This document shows, one piece after another, positions 41,746-53,455 of a stretch of 64,000 nucleotides of DNA (position 1 is its first letter; every line of letters begins with the position of its first letter). The DNA lies in the NCBI GenBank assembly GCA_903813345.2, contig CAIIXF020000001.1, forward strand, positions 15,376,001 to 15,440,000, written 5' to 3'. The position numbers and the translations under genes are program-made. The stretch comes from Owenia fusiformis. Taxonomy: Eukaryota. A model generated the notes under the pieces. That model worked only from the letters and a program-made list of their open reading frames with translations, was not told the origin of the DNA and searched no databases.

Positions 41746-44329
41746 TTGCAAAAGAGGAGACGTCCGAATATTCACGAAATTTTACAAAGAATATAATTCC
41801 TAAATATTTTAATATATTTTAAGGTTCATATCAGTACTGTTTCAATTTGTCGAATGCAATCAAATGATGTAGATCTATTACAAGATTGCTTGGTTTAAAG
41901 CTCGATAATCAAACATTGACTCAATCTAAATCGAGCCTTCTAGAAAATAGTTCCAGTATTAATTGTATTCATACGCAAAGTGAATGTCAGAAATTAAAAC
42001 AGAACTGGAAGAACTAATATTCCCAATTTCCTCAGATGTACACGTGGTAAAGTAAGTATATCGATATAGAATACCTGATTATGCTTTATTAATGAATTGT
42101 TATATTTTTTGTTTTCACATACTCCATGTACCTGCTATAAAACTAGTAAAAATATAAAAATTCCTCTATTATCGCCCATGGATTTTCTCATCTACAAAAT
42201 TAGATTCTAATCGGACATGTAAAAAGAAAGAATATATTCTGGATTTTGAAGCCCTGTGATCGGATGATGGGATGTTGACCTTAAAGCATTCCCCAATAGT
42301 ACTGATGGAAGTAAAAACTCCAAATAGTCTCATCAAATACTCATCAAATACGGTGTGTGACCGTATAATCATAAATTAGGTATATCGTTATCGTTAGTCC
42401 AACAGCATTAGACCTAGCCTGGGCCTCGTTTCTTATCTGACATGTCTTATGGCCCCGGTTAGGTCTAACCTCCATGATCATTTTGCCCTTGATGCGTTAA
42501 TTTAATCGTTCCGCAGGTTCCGACAAGCGGAACTAATACTCCTATTCGTGATAAGAGTTCAGGTGGTAATTTACATAAATATCTCCCATGATGCATCGCT
42601 TTGGAAGGGACAAATTTTCATTGGCCCGCCGAACGAGTCGATTACTCTGAACGTTTCTCAGCTTCTGATCTTCCATCAGCCCTCAAGCATAGTTATATAA
42701 TCCAATCTATTCAGTAATCAGAAAGATAATCGGAGATTCAAAGTAACATTATTTATATTTTTCGATCTTCGATGGCGTCTGAGCAATTTCTGGGATATCA
42801 GTGACGTCACTGGAATTGGACGGTATTTTCAACTACAGATTTCTTCGGATTTGGGGATTATAGCTCAAAAAGCTTTGTCATATATCTTAATTACATACAT
42901 ACCTATCGTTTGTGCAAATGAAACTCTACATAAATGTTTAATAGAGCCGCAGTGCGGCATTGAAAATAGCACCCCTGTGTAATCCAATGGGAAAGAACCC
43001 GGATGAAGATGAAGTTGTACCATACATGAGAGCTCTTCAAACGAGAGTTAGCTAAACTGAACAATATTAAACGTTATCGCGTATTGGTATATTAAACCCT
43101 GAAACCATGGTAAGATTACACAAAGAATGTGATTCAAGCATGCATACATTCCTTATGAATACATACACACCATCCCGTATCCCCCTTAGACCCTATTGAT
43201 GCCTAATTACAAAAATATTGGAGACAGGTTTGGAATATAACAAAAATGTTGGTCAGTTTCGGTAACATCGAAATTGCAAATCGTATCAGAAATTAATTGT
43301 CATCGCGGCACAGCATTTACAAACAGTAGGTTTGCAATTAAGAACTATTTCTCCTGAATCCGTAACTCGAGTACAGCTCGTCAGAGCTGCCTATACATTG
43401 CCTCGAGTTGTCTTCTAGAAACTCGCAATCTATTTCAACTCGCGAGCTAGCTATAACTCGAGTCAACTCTTTCAAGCATGTAAAATGAATTCGGGTCCCG
43501 GAGATCGTGCAACATTACTTCATTAGGGGAATTAATATACCAATGGTCGCCATATTTAGCGCCCGACACCTAAAAAACACTCTCAAAGCTTCACAAAGTT
43601 CAACAAATATCGTGGAATGACGAATGACAATTTACACCAGAAAATCAGAAAAAGATTGACTATGGAAGGAACTCAAGCGGGTGATAATGGAGTAGTCACT
43701 AAAATTGAATAAAAATGGTCCCCTTATTCTCGCGTCGTTTACACGACTTTTACAAAAAAGATGATCTATCATTAAATTAAGATCATAAGTCTTAACTTTA
43801 GATCGATAACCAGCAGTCTTTAATATAAATAATGAAGATAATCCGGGAAAACCATTCATTAATTTGAGGGGCCCTTCTGGGTTTTCTAAAATATTGTTTG
43901 GTTAGATTCAAGCGATCTACTTACGTATTCGGCGACGTCTATACCAGATCGTTTTTGATTGAAATATGAGATAAACTGCACTGAATACCACACTTTCTTA
44001 TGGCCCCAACGTGTTAAACATCTTTTAGATGTGACTAAACCAGAGAAACTTGCCGCTAGAAGTGACAGTAATTTTGTATACCCGGGTTTACAATATGTAC
44101 CGGACGAAATGAATTAACTCGAGTTTTACTCGAGTTTTGGAAATATTTGGCAAGTTGAACTCGAGTTGGATTTTTCTGGCGAGTTACACCTCTAGTATAC
44201 ACGCGCTACATAAATCAATCAAAGATACCTGTTATTCTCAAAATTTATCTTTTTATGCCGAGTAATCGCGATAATAATTATCAATCTATTTGACAACAAT
44301 TTCGTTTCGCTAGTAGTTTAATTTTACGA

Positions 44330-44391
44330 TCCGGGACACTCGGACGAACAGACACAATGACGGACATGCGGAAATGTCATTTTAGAGATTG
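44330..44391 (+). other. Possible upstream (5' UTR) exon of the TOPORS-like gene; start coordinate approximate
   Basis: Strong donor TTG|GTAAGT at 44391/44392 in a region that looks CpG-richer. An acceptor TTTTCAG at 48421 sits just before the ATG, so an upstream exon is expected. The pairing is inferred. Confidence 0.3.
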
Positions 44392-45558
44392 GTAAGTGTA
44401 GCCTCATTTTACTAGTACATGTATAAGTGAACATTTAACACAATAAATATTGTGTTAAATCGCTTGATGTTATGTGTTCTTATATTATTGTCAAGTATCA
44501 TTTGCATGTTATCGCGGCAAAATGGTTTCGATGGATCCAGAACTTGCATCAAAGGAAAGAATAGTAAAGAGGTTAAACTCAATAATGGCCCCAAGAAAAT
44601 TCCTAATAGTAAAGAATGCTGTTATTGAGTTTAACGACCTTGAACTAGTATATCATGGCCTTCGTCCAAAGATAAATCCCTGCATGTATTTATACTGTAT
44701 ACGGGTCATGTCGTAATCATCAAATTTTAAATCAAATGTTCGCCATTTATCCACATCACAATTTGAATTGCGGGTTTTGGTCTTATTAGATATTGCCTCA
44801 CCAAAAATTCCAAAACACACATGAATTTAAAAAATAAGCACTCAAAGGACCATATTGCAGGCCTGTCAACTGTCCCGCAATTTGCGTATTTGTCACGCAT
44901 TTGCTGAAGAATTTGAAGTCACGCCAGTTAGTTTTGCGTGACAGAAAATGTCTTGCAAATACGCATTTTACCTGGTAATTGTCAAGCAAAAGTATATCTG
45001 TAGAAAAATTTATAAAAAAGTTCGTCTACACAGCAAAAATACGAACGCCGAAAAAAAACGTATGCATTTCGTTCGTACCTATCACGCGAATTACGTATAT
45101 GTCACGCATTCCGTTCGAAATTATTCGTACCAACGAGGCCTGTGGCCTCTTATATTTTGATGCTTCTCTGGCATGTTATTTTCGGAAAAACTAGCATGGC
45201 TGAAGCTCCCTAAATAACAAAACGCCACAGCTTTGCTGCACATTACACATAACTATCTGAAATATACAAAAGATAGGACTTGTACATATGTTTCTATTTT
45301 CTTATATTCTGTTGCAATATAGTCATTTGATTTAAATTCAAAGTAGTTCCAAACATTTAAAATTTTACTGTAGTTCATATCTTCTGGAACGCTAATTTAG
45401 AATTTACAGCCAGTTACTAATATCAGACAATAATGACATTTCGTCCAGTTTTCGAATATCGCCATATATTTTAATTTCTGATGAAATCATGCAATATCTC
45501 ATCAAGGAGCCCAGCCAGTTCCATTTTAATGCTTGATTTATTTAAAAATATTTAATAA

Positions 45559-46289
45559 AGGTCCATTTGCAGTATCTGTATGCCAAGTGATTTTAGACAC
45601 TCATATCTTTCACCATGAGTACTTTCTGGGCATGAATACAGTGGTTTTTATTAAGACAATATGTTTTCTTTCAAATGAAGTCCCCATGATGATAAAAATT
45701 TCAATCGAACAATTCGAAAAATTATAAATAGGGACCCCATGTCAATAATTTTTTCATGTTTAACTTATTTGCTCAAAAGAGGATGTTCTTTTTCTGATTT
45801 TTATTGCATGAAAATAATTCAACAAGGGGTCTAAAACATCTTCAAAAGTAGAATGCTAAAGTCTAGTTTTGAAGATATACATTTTTGATGACCAAATTCA
45901 TGTTGAAAACAATGGACAGCATGTATTCTCCCTATGGGAAAATAACATGGGAAATGTGTTTTTTAACTTTATCGCATTTCAATACCCATCCCCTTTTCAG
46001 AAGTAATTAATATATTGTAGAAAAAACTTTTGAGACATTTAAATTGAGAAAAAGAAGATCTTCTTTTTAGAAGATAAGCCTTGCATTTTTAAATACGATA
46101 AAAAGTGACAAGGTGGGGTCCTAATCCATAATTTTTCAGAGAGTGGGATTGATATTTTACTATCATGGGGACGTCTTTTTAAAGAAAACATACTGTTTTG
46201 ATAAAAACCACTGCATTTATACCCAGAAAATACTTATGGTAAAAGATATGACTGTCTAAAATCACTTGCCTGATACTGCACATGGAGCT
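45559..46289. mobile_element. Degenerate MITE with ~180-bp terminal inverted repeats (AG..CT ends, possibly Kolobok-type)
   Basis: AGGTCCATTTGCAGTATC...CAAGTGATTTTAGACACTCATATC... (45559-45740) aligns, with scattered mismatches, to the reverse complement of about 46110-46289 (...GATATGACTGTCTAAAATCACTTG...GATACTGCACATGGAGCT). No clean TSD remains. Confidence 0.8.
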
Positions 46290-47746
46290 TCATAACAAGA
46301 CGGCCAGCTTTTTTCAAATGGTTCACGGTGTTCCAGATGAAATTACTTCTAGCCAAGAATTGGCCAGAAACACGAGTAAGTCACTGCCTTTAGAATCTGC
46401 ATGTTGGACGAAGAGGATGATCAAGCATAGTTCATATAGTGCTAATACAAAATAATAAAGAGTGTGAAATTTCAGCTCAAACTCGTGACAAATGCATTAT
46501 GCACAAGCTGGTATGAAGCCTTAGGGACACTCATTTTGGTAAATATGATTTACGGTGTATACTTTTCTGCAGTTAGGGGGAGTTTGGGACACTAAATGTT
46601 CAAATTCAAGATAATATGCCAACTATACGACTTATCAGTTAATTTGTATCAGCACTACAGATGAGTTTATAAGACATTTTTTAGCACTTCCGCCATATAG
46701 TTGAGTTGATCAACTTGTCCTGAAAAGAAAATCCATCCCAATCCTGATCCCCTCTGTATAGTAAGTGGTGGCCCAAATTTTCAGACTCGATTATTGGGAG
46801 CAATTTAAGACAATCAGTAATGTCCATGTTATTTATAATACCATATACCATCTTACATACCTTAGATATATTTTGAGACCATGTCATGAGCACAGTTGCA
46901 CCAATATTTCGAAAAATCAACTAACAGAACAACCAACTGTCAAACAAAATAAGTCAATAACAACATACAATTTTTTTCAATTTATCTTGTAAAACCCTTG
47001 TACGTAATAAATACGACATATAAGTATGCTTCGTTTATTTGAAAATGATCAATATATACAACTGGTAATGTTGAAATGTATGTTTTTGCAATAAGAGAAA
47101 TATAAGCCTCTAAAACTTACCATTTAATGTTCACAGGAACCTGTATCAAGTGATGGCTATTGAAACAATGGGTGTCATCGAAAGATTTGTCCAGCTTGGG
47201 GAGCATGCGGTTTTTCATAAAACACTTGTAAAAACGAAAACTTCACACATTTTTTAACTCCTATGTTTCGCTATACCAAAAAATGACTACTCATGCAATG
47301 AGTATATCATTTGCAGATAAACTTCACTTCTCTTTGAAGTCTAATAACGCTAAGAGTAAAAGCTATTGAAAAAGTATCACACTCTATTTCTTTTTTTAAC
47401 TTTTTAATGGCACGATAGAGTGACATGATCATATTTAAAAATGTTTTCAGCATAACTTTAAAGGTATTAATAAGATCTAGATGTGTTTGGCCTTTTTGAT
47501 TTTTTCTATAAAAAAATGTTTAATTTCTTTGCTGATTTCTAGTTGGTCATCTTTTGCTCCCATCATCCACTATAGTAACTTGTCTGTCTATTTCTCCATC
47601 TGTTCTTCATTTCTTCTCTCCATCAACAATTTTCTGATGGATGAAAACTGCTATTCATCAGAACCAATGCTCATCCATTACATAGGGGTCCATGCAGGTG
47701 TCATTTATTTATTTTTTTTATTTATTTATCAATAGTACACATATAG

Positions 47747-47952
47747 CAGTGATCTCCCCAGCATTAAAGCAAGTGGGCGCAGCACCCACCTGAGATTTTG
47801 AAAATAGGTTTGCACCCACCTGAAAATCCATTTGCACCCACTTGAAAATGAGAAAAATCATGAAAGATTGGCATATTTTGACCAATTTTTATCTGAATTG
47901 TGAAAATGAGAATTTTGCACCCACCTGAGAAAAGATCCTGGGGAGATCACAG
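47747..47952. mobile_element. Short MITE with CAGTG-type termini (hAT-like) and internal direct repeats
   Basis: TIR CAGTGATCTCCCCAG / CTGGGGAGATCACAG (14/15). Four internal GCACCCACYTGA motifs. TATAG flanks both ends. Confidence 0.75.
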
Positions 47953-48430
47953 TATAGTGAGCTATTGCAATCACTCACTTTTCAGTCTGTATGTATGTCC
48001 ATCCACCAGTCTGTCAACAATAGTGGCATGTTTTAAATTTTCCTGTTTTAGGTTATTGTTTATCATCAATTGAGAAACCCTCCCCCATGACTCCTGGTTC
48101 AAATGCTTGCAAGCCTATTTTCAAAATGGCCACCATTCGAGATGTCATGCACTGTATAGTAAAAACCCATCTCACTTTTAACAGTCATTTTATGAGATAA
48201 TTTTGTAAAAGGGAAATGGGCAATGTTTCAATTGCTTTACAATTGATTTACTTTTGGGGCATTTTGGGTAAATTTTAATGTGGGCAGTTTGGATTTTCCA
48301 TCCTAAAATCATGTCTGTAAAGTCTTTAGTTTTGGGCCAAACAATTTCATTCATCATTCTGAAATTTTAGTGACTGCACTCTTATCTTACCACTTACTTT
48401 ATATATGTTGCATATTTTCAGGGTTGAAGA

Positions 48431-51400
48431 ATGCCTAAGAGGAGACTAAGGATCAACCTTGATGACACTGGGGGCTCAGTCAGCAGAAGAACAAGATCCT
48501 CACGTGGAGCTAATGACACTCCCAAAGACCAAGATGGTGCCACTGATAAAGACAATGATACTGGAGCTGAAGCACCAGCACATAATAACAACTCACCAAA
48601 AGCTGTTGAACCATCCACCAGTGACAGTCCTGCTAAATCTCCTGGTAGCCCTGAGAATGCTTGCTCAATATGCCTCAGTGAAGTCACAAATAAATCATTC
48701 ACAGACAGTTGTTTCCATGAATTCTGCTTTATCTGCCTAAAGGAGTGGTCAAAGGTGAAGGCTGTGTGCCCATTATGTAAACAACAATTCAAGAGTATCA
48801 TACACAATGTAAAATCCAACAATGATTATGAACAATATGAAATAAAGCGGCATGAGCAACAGACAATAAGATATGGTATTGGGGCTTCACGCACAGAATC
48901 AATTGGTGAGTCAATGATCAGAATTAGGGAAGCAAGAGCAGCTAGAGAAAGAATGATCCAAGCCAGAGCAGCAAGCAGGCTCGAATTGGCACACACTAGA
49001 GACAGGCTCATGGAAGCAACCAACAGACTCAACAACAGTAATGTAGGGCAAAGGATGGAAAACCTACGTCAACGATACCAATCAGTATTAGAGCGCAGAC
49101 ATGAACTTCGATCTAGGCGATGTAACACCACCTCAGAGTTCCGCTCTCAGGTCTACAATGAAGGCCTTAGAGTTGACCCACATAGCATCCTTGGTCGTGG
49201 GTCTAGATCCAGGACTGTCAAGTATAGAGATATAACTCCTGAGTTCTTTCGCCAGAACCCTGCCCAAACCCACAGATTGGTGCCCTTCCTAAACAGAGAG
49301 CTGAATGCTTTGTTACATAATGATTCCAACAATGTTCACCTTGTTCTAGATGTCATTATGAGATTGATAACAAGATTTCCTATTGACAGTTCAGAATTCC
49401 TTACTCGATTGACTGTGTACCTTGGTAGACGAACTAGCCATTTTGTCCATGAGTTTTACAACTTTGCAAGATCACCCTATGATTTAGAAAAATATGACAG
49501 ATGTGCTGAATACAGCTCCACAGCAACTGAACCTGAAATAGTTGATTCTAGTAGTCCTAGTAGTGAAGACAATGGGAACACAGATGGCCAATCCCCAGGT
49601 GGTGTTATTGTACTTGGCGACTCTCCTGAACCCCAACAAGCGGAAGATGAGAGCCAGGATCAACACACAGAGGCTAGATTAAGCATTAACAGACCTTCAA
49701 ATATAAATGCACCTGGCAGTTCACTTGACATTGACCTGATGCCATTGCTAGATCAAGTGAGGGGTTTTCTGGATAGCACGCAGAGGGCCACTAGGTCAGG
49801 TTGGCATTCCCCAACCCTACAAGGTTCAAGCTCACCTGAATTCTGGAGTCCCCCTTCTCCCCCTAGAAACAGCAGGCCATGGTCCTGGATGGATGATAAT
49901 GAGGAGTCAGACAACAATGATTCCATATCCAGTGCTGGTAGTGATATTGAAATTATTGACTGCAAGAAACCAATTGCTGAGAGGACACCTGAATTTCTTA
50001 GAGTCTCTGACAGTGAAGAAGAACAAAAGAAAACAAAGGGAAAGAAGCGTTCCAAGTCCAAGAAAGATGGGGATAAAAAGCCAAGGAAAACCAAGAAGAA
50101 AAAGACCACACCCACTCGAAAGAGTGCAAGGAATAACCCATCAGCTGCCCTTGGTGCCCCATCAGCTGCTTTGGGTGTTCCACCATCTACCCAAGGTACC
50201 AACCCAAATATGTCCTTTTCTTTCTCTGATAACTTTGGCAGTTTGTTCACTAGTGGGGGACAAGAACTCAGAAACTGGCCAATGTCAGTGGATACCATGC
50301 CCTCTACCCACACCGGGCCCACTACCCACAGTCTCAACAGATCTCGCTCAAGATCCAGTTCAGCTGCTACTCTAGAATATGCTGTAGAATCAGAGTATCA
50401 AATAGAAAGCAGTAGAACCTCTAAGCAAAAGTCACCAACTAGGATAACACTGACACTCAGACGCAAGTCATCAAGAAGAGAACGTCACAGTAAAGAGAGT
50501 GTTGAACTGATTGGTGAAGCTGATCATGCTAAATCAAAACACAAGAGAAAGAAACACAAGAAACATAAGAAAAGCAAGAAAAGATATAATCAAATATACA
50601 CATCTGATGAGTCTGAAAACAATGCTTCAGATGATAGGTATACCAGAAAATCTAAAAGTAAAAGCAAAGAAAAAGAAAAAGATGAAATCACTGATAAACA
50701 AAGAACAAAGAAAAGGTCTAAAAGTCTTCCAGACAAAGATGATCCAAATGATAAAAAGTCCAAGAGGAGAAAAACCAGAGATGAAGAAAAGAAAGAAGAG
50801 AGTCGATATAAGAAACACCATAGTGGACACAAAAGAATGAAATCTTCCAAAAGATCAGTGAGTGAAGCTAGTACAACCCCTAATTTATCCTTAAAACCTG
50901 TAGCTTCATCACCAACAGAAACACAAAACCCAAACCCAGTTTGTGAATCACCAATTACTCTTGACTTGAACCTGACTGATCCATCGTACCATGGAGCCCC
51001 TCAGTGTAGCTCCATATCAGTGTCACCAACTGTCTCTAGTAACATCACAAAAGAAACCAATGTCAGTACTGCTTCTTCACCAGGAGCTGACTCCAGTGAT
51101 ACAATAGTTCCATTCTACCCATTGGCTTCACCTGACCACACACTCAACATAATGAGTACAACCTCAATACCAGCCCAATCTGATGCAACAGACAGGACTC
51201 CTATGCCATCACCGTCTGATACTACCCCCACAACTTCTTTGACTGACTTAACCCCCATTCCTTCCAAGTCTCCTGACAGCATTCATGAACGCCCAAAGTC
51301 TTTCACGCCTAGGGGTATCTCCAGCCCCCATAGTGATACCACCTCCCCAATCCAGCTGGAGATTCCCTCTCCAAACCCTGATGTCGCTCTAACTGAGGAG

Positions 51401-53455
51401 ATTGTTATCAGTGATCATGATTCTGAAGAAGATATATCTGTAGTTGAGACTAAATATATCGAACTTGACCTTACACAGGATGAAGAAGTCACTCAAGAAG
51501 AAGCACTTGACCTTAGTCAAGCCGAGAAGCTAAATTCCACTCCTAGTGTTGAAGAAGAGCTTGACCTAACTCAAGACAGCAGTGATGAACATTCAGTTAA
51601 ATCAGTTGCAACTTTGAATGATTCAGATTCCGATAGCAATAACCTGTCAATAATAACTGATATTACTGATCACACAATTTTGGAATCCAGGAAAAATCCC
51701 CGGAGATATACACCAGTCAATGAATTCCTGAGTTATACAGGAGCCAGGTCACCTTGTGATTCAACTGGAAATATGTCCCCACGCTATACAGGAGCCAGGT
51801 CCCATCACTATACACCTGGAGGAGAGTCCCCTAGCTATACAGGAGCAAAGTCCCCCGGCAATATAGCAGCAAAGTCCCCCAGTTATACAGGAACCAGGTC
51901 CCCTCGCTATACACTGGGAGGAAAGTCCCCTATCTATGCAGAAGCAAAGTCCCCTAGCTATACAGGAGCCAGGTCCCTTAGCCATACAGTAGCAATGTCC
52001 CCTCACTATACCCCTGGAACAAGCTCCCCTAGCTATACAAGAGCAAAGTCCCCCAGCTATACAGGAGCCAGGTCCCTTAGCCAAACAGTAATGTCCCCTC
52101 ACTATACCCCTGGAACAAGCCCCCCTAGCTATACGGGAGCAAACTCACCTAGATATACAAGGGCAAAGTCTCCTAGAAATACAGGAGCCAGATCCACTAA
52201 TTCTACACCTGGAGAAAGGTCTCCTAGCTGTAATGCTGGAGAAAGGACCCCTAGCTTTTCACCTGGAGAAAGGTCCCCTAGCTCTACTCCTGGAGGAAGG
52301 TCCCTTAACTCTAATCCTGGAGAAAGGTCCCTTAGCTATACACCTGAGGGAAGGTCCCCTAGCTCTACTCCTGGGGAAAGGTCCCTCAGTTCTATTCCTG
52401 GAGAAATGTCTTGTAGCTATACACCAGGAGGTAGTTCCTTTAGCTCTACTCCTGGAGGAAGGTCCTCTAGCTCTACACATAAAGGAATATCCTCTAGCTA
52501 TACACCTGAAGAAAAGTCCCTCAGCTCTACTCCTGGAGGCACGTATTCTAGCTCTACTCCTGGAGGCACGTATTCTAGCTCTACTCCTGGAGGCACGTAT
52601 TCTAGCTCTACTCCTGGAGGCAGGTCCTCTAGATCTACGACTGGAGGAAGGTTCCCTAGCAATACACCTGGAGAAAAGTCCCCTAGCAATACTCTTGGGG
52701 AAAGGTCCTCTTACTGTACAAGAGAAATATCCCCTCGAAGTACAAGTTCAGCTAGCTATACATCTGAGAAAGACACTATATCCTCCAGCTATACCCACAA
52801 CAAGACATCTAGTCATTCACCAAGAAATATGTCCTCCAACTTATCAACAGATGCATCATTTAACAATTCATCTGGGGACATAAACTATGAACCTGAACAC
52901 AGCAATTCCCCTGTTTTAAGACAAGGTCGATATCCAGACCATTCAAATAATGAAACGAAGCATAGACATCACTCTGATGAATTTCAGTTAGAGGATTGGA
53001 ACAAAGAAGTACCTAGCTCAAGTTCAACTCCACAAACCAAGGGAAATAGAAGTGATTTAGACAGTGGAACTACTTTATCAGAAAGTAATGCATCAACCAT
53101 ACAACATGAGTCGAAACATAATTTGGAATATAGTGACAATAGTTCTCCGGTTAATGCCATTAACACAAGTGTTGTAAATGAAAATATTCTAAGACACATG
53201 AAAAATAGTGAGAACAGTTTGAAAGAAAGCTCACAACAGGAAAATGGACAAACATCTGATGACAGTGACATTTACACAGAATACACAGATGATGATATTG
53301 CTATGGCAGAACACAATGCAAGAGTAAACCAGTCACTTACTGCTTCAGTTAATGATTCACCAATACACAATTTACAACAAGAAAATGAGCACATGTCAAA
53401 CAATAGTGAAAGTGACAGTTATAGTAATTCTGATTCTGGAACAATAGAGGCATAG
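48431..53455 (+). CDS. TOPORS: E3 ubiquitin/SUMO ligase Topors-like, 1674 aa, single coding exon
   Basis: C3HC4 RING CSICLSEVTNKSFTDSCFHEFCFICLKEWSKVKAVCPLCKQ followed by FKSIIHNV. Topors-type conserved block FFRQNPAQTHRLVPFLNREL...FVHEFYNFARSPYDLEKYD. The DIEIIDCKKPIAERTPE motif and basic K/R/S-rich tracts follow. Splice acceptor at 48421, with an in-frame TGA just before the ATG. Confidence 0.92.
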   Translation: MPKRRLRINLDDTGGSVSRRTRSSRGANDTPKDQDGATDKDNDTGAEAPAHNNNSPKAVEPSTSDSPAKSPGSPENACSICLSEVTNKSFTDSCFHEFCFICLKEWSKVKAVCPLCKQQFKSIIHNVKSNNDYEQYEIKRHEQQTIRYGIGASRTESIGESMIRIREARAARERMIQARAASRLELAHTRDRLMEATNRLNNSNVGQRMENLRQRYQSVLERRHELRSRRCNTTSEFRSQVYNEGLRVDPHSILGRGSRSRTVKYRDITPEFFRQNPAQTHRLVPFLNRELNALLHNDSNNVHLVLDVIMRLITRFPIDSSEFLTRLTVYLGRRTSHFVHEFYNFARSPYDLEKYDRCAEYSSTATEPEIVDSSSPSSEDNGNTDGQSPGGVIVLGDSPEPQQAEDESQDQHTEARLSINRPSNINAPGSSLDIDLMPLLDQVRGFLDSTQRATRSGWHSPTLQGSSSPEFWSPPSPPRNSRPWSWMDDNEESDNNDSISSAGSDIEIIDCKKPIAERTPEFLRVSDSEEEQKKTKGKKRSKSKKDGDKKPRKTKKKKTTPTRKSARNNPSAALGAPSAALGVPPSTQGTNPNMSFSFSDNFGSLFTSGGQELRNWPMSVDTMPSTHTGPTTHSLNRSRSRSSSAATLEYAVESEYQIESSRTSKQKSPTRITLTLRRKSSRRERHSKESVELIGEADHAKSKHKRKKHKKHKKSKKRYNQIYTSDESENNASDDRYTRKSKSKSKEKEKDEITDKQRTKKRSKSLPDKDDPNDKKSKRRKTRDEEKKEESRYKKHHSGHKRMKSSKRSVSEASTTPNLSLKPVASSPTETQNPNPVCESPITLDLNLTDPSYHGAPQCSSISVSPTVSSNITKETNVSTASSPGADSSDTIVPFYPLASPDHTLNIMSTTSIPAQSDATDRTPMPSPSDTTPTTSLTDLTPIPSKSPDSIHERPKSFTPRGISSPHSDTTSPIQLEIPSPNPDVALTEEIVISDHDSEEDISVVETKYIELDLTQDEEVTQEEALDLSQAEKLNSTPSVEEELDLTQDSSDEHSVKSVATLNDSDSDSNNLSIITDITDHTILESRKNPRRYTPVNEFLSYTGARSPCDSTGNMSPRYTGARSHHYTPGGESPSYTGAKSPGNIAAKSPSYTGTRSPRYTLGGKSPIYAEAKSPSYTGARSLSHTVAMSPHYTPGTSSPSYTRAKSPSYTGARSLSQTVMSPHYTPGTSPPSYTGANSPRYTRAKSPRNTGARSTNSTPGERSPSCNAGERTPSFSPGERSPSSTPGGRSLNSNPGERSLSYTPEGRSPSSTPGERSLSSIPGEMSCSYTPGGSSFSSTPGGRSSSSTHKGISSSYTPEEKSLSSTPGGTYSSSTPGGTYSSSTPGGTYSSSTPGGRSSRSTTGGRFPSNTPGEKSPSNTLGERSSYCTREISPRSTSSASYTSEKDTISSSYTHNKTSSHSPRNMSSNLSTDASFNNSSGDINYEPEHSNSPVLRQGRYPDHSNNETKHRHHSDEFQLEDWNKEVPSSSSTPQTKGNRSDLDSGTTLSESNASTIQHESKHNLEYSDNSSPVNAINTSVVNENILRHMKNSENSLKESSQQENGQTSDDSDIYTEYTDDDIAMAEHNARVNQSLTASVNDSPIHNLQQENEHMSNNSESDSYSNSDSGTIEA
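51700..52800 (+). repeat. Coding 30-bp minisatellite within TOPORS (10-aa SPSYT/SSSTPGG repeats); edges approximate
   Basis: Recurring GTCCCCTAGCTATACA / CTAGCTCTACTCCTGGAGG units about 30 bp apart. TCTAGCTCTACTCCTGGAGGCACGTAT-type units (27 bp) are perfectly repeated around 52520-52620. Confidence 0.9.

Noticed and set aside
42169-47735. Short ORFs of 60-85 aa between the array and TOPORS
   Set aside because: No recognisable motifs and no consistent exon chain; one lies inside a MITE arm.
47953-48140. Possible remnant of a HINE-like element (GTGAGCTATTGCAATCAC, GTCC-like tract, AAAATGGCCACCAT)
   Set aside because: Too degenerate to define ends or family from the sequence alone.
48418-53271. 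Antisense and alternative-frame ORFs overlapping TOPORS, including the 216-aa ORF at 52233-52883
   Set aside because: These are shadows of the long, low-complexity main frame. The 216-aa ORF is the minisatellite read in another frame.
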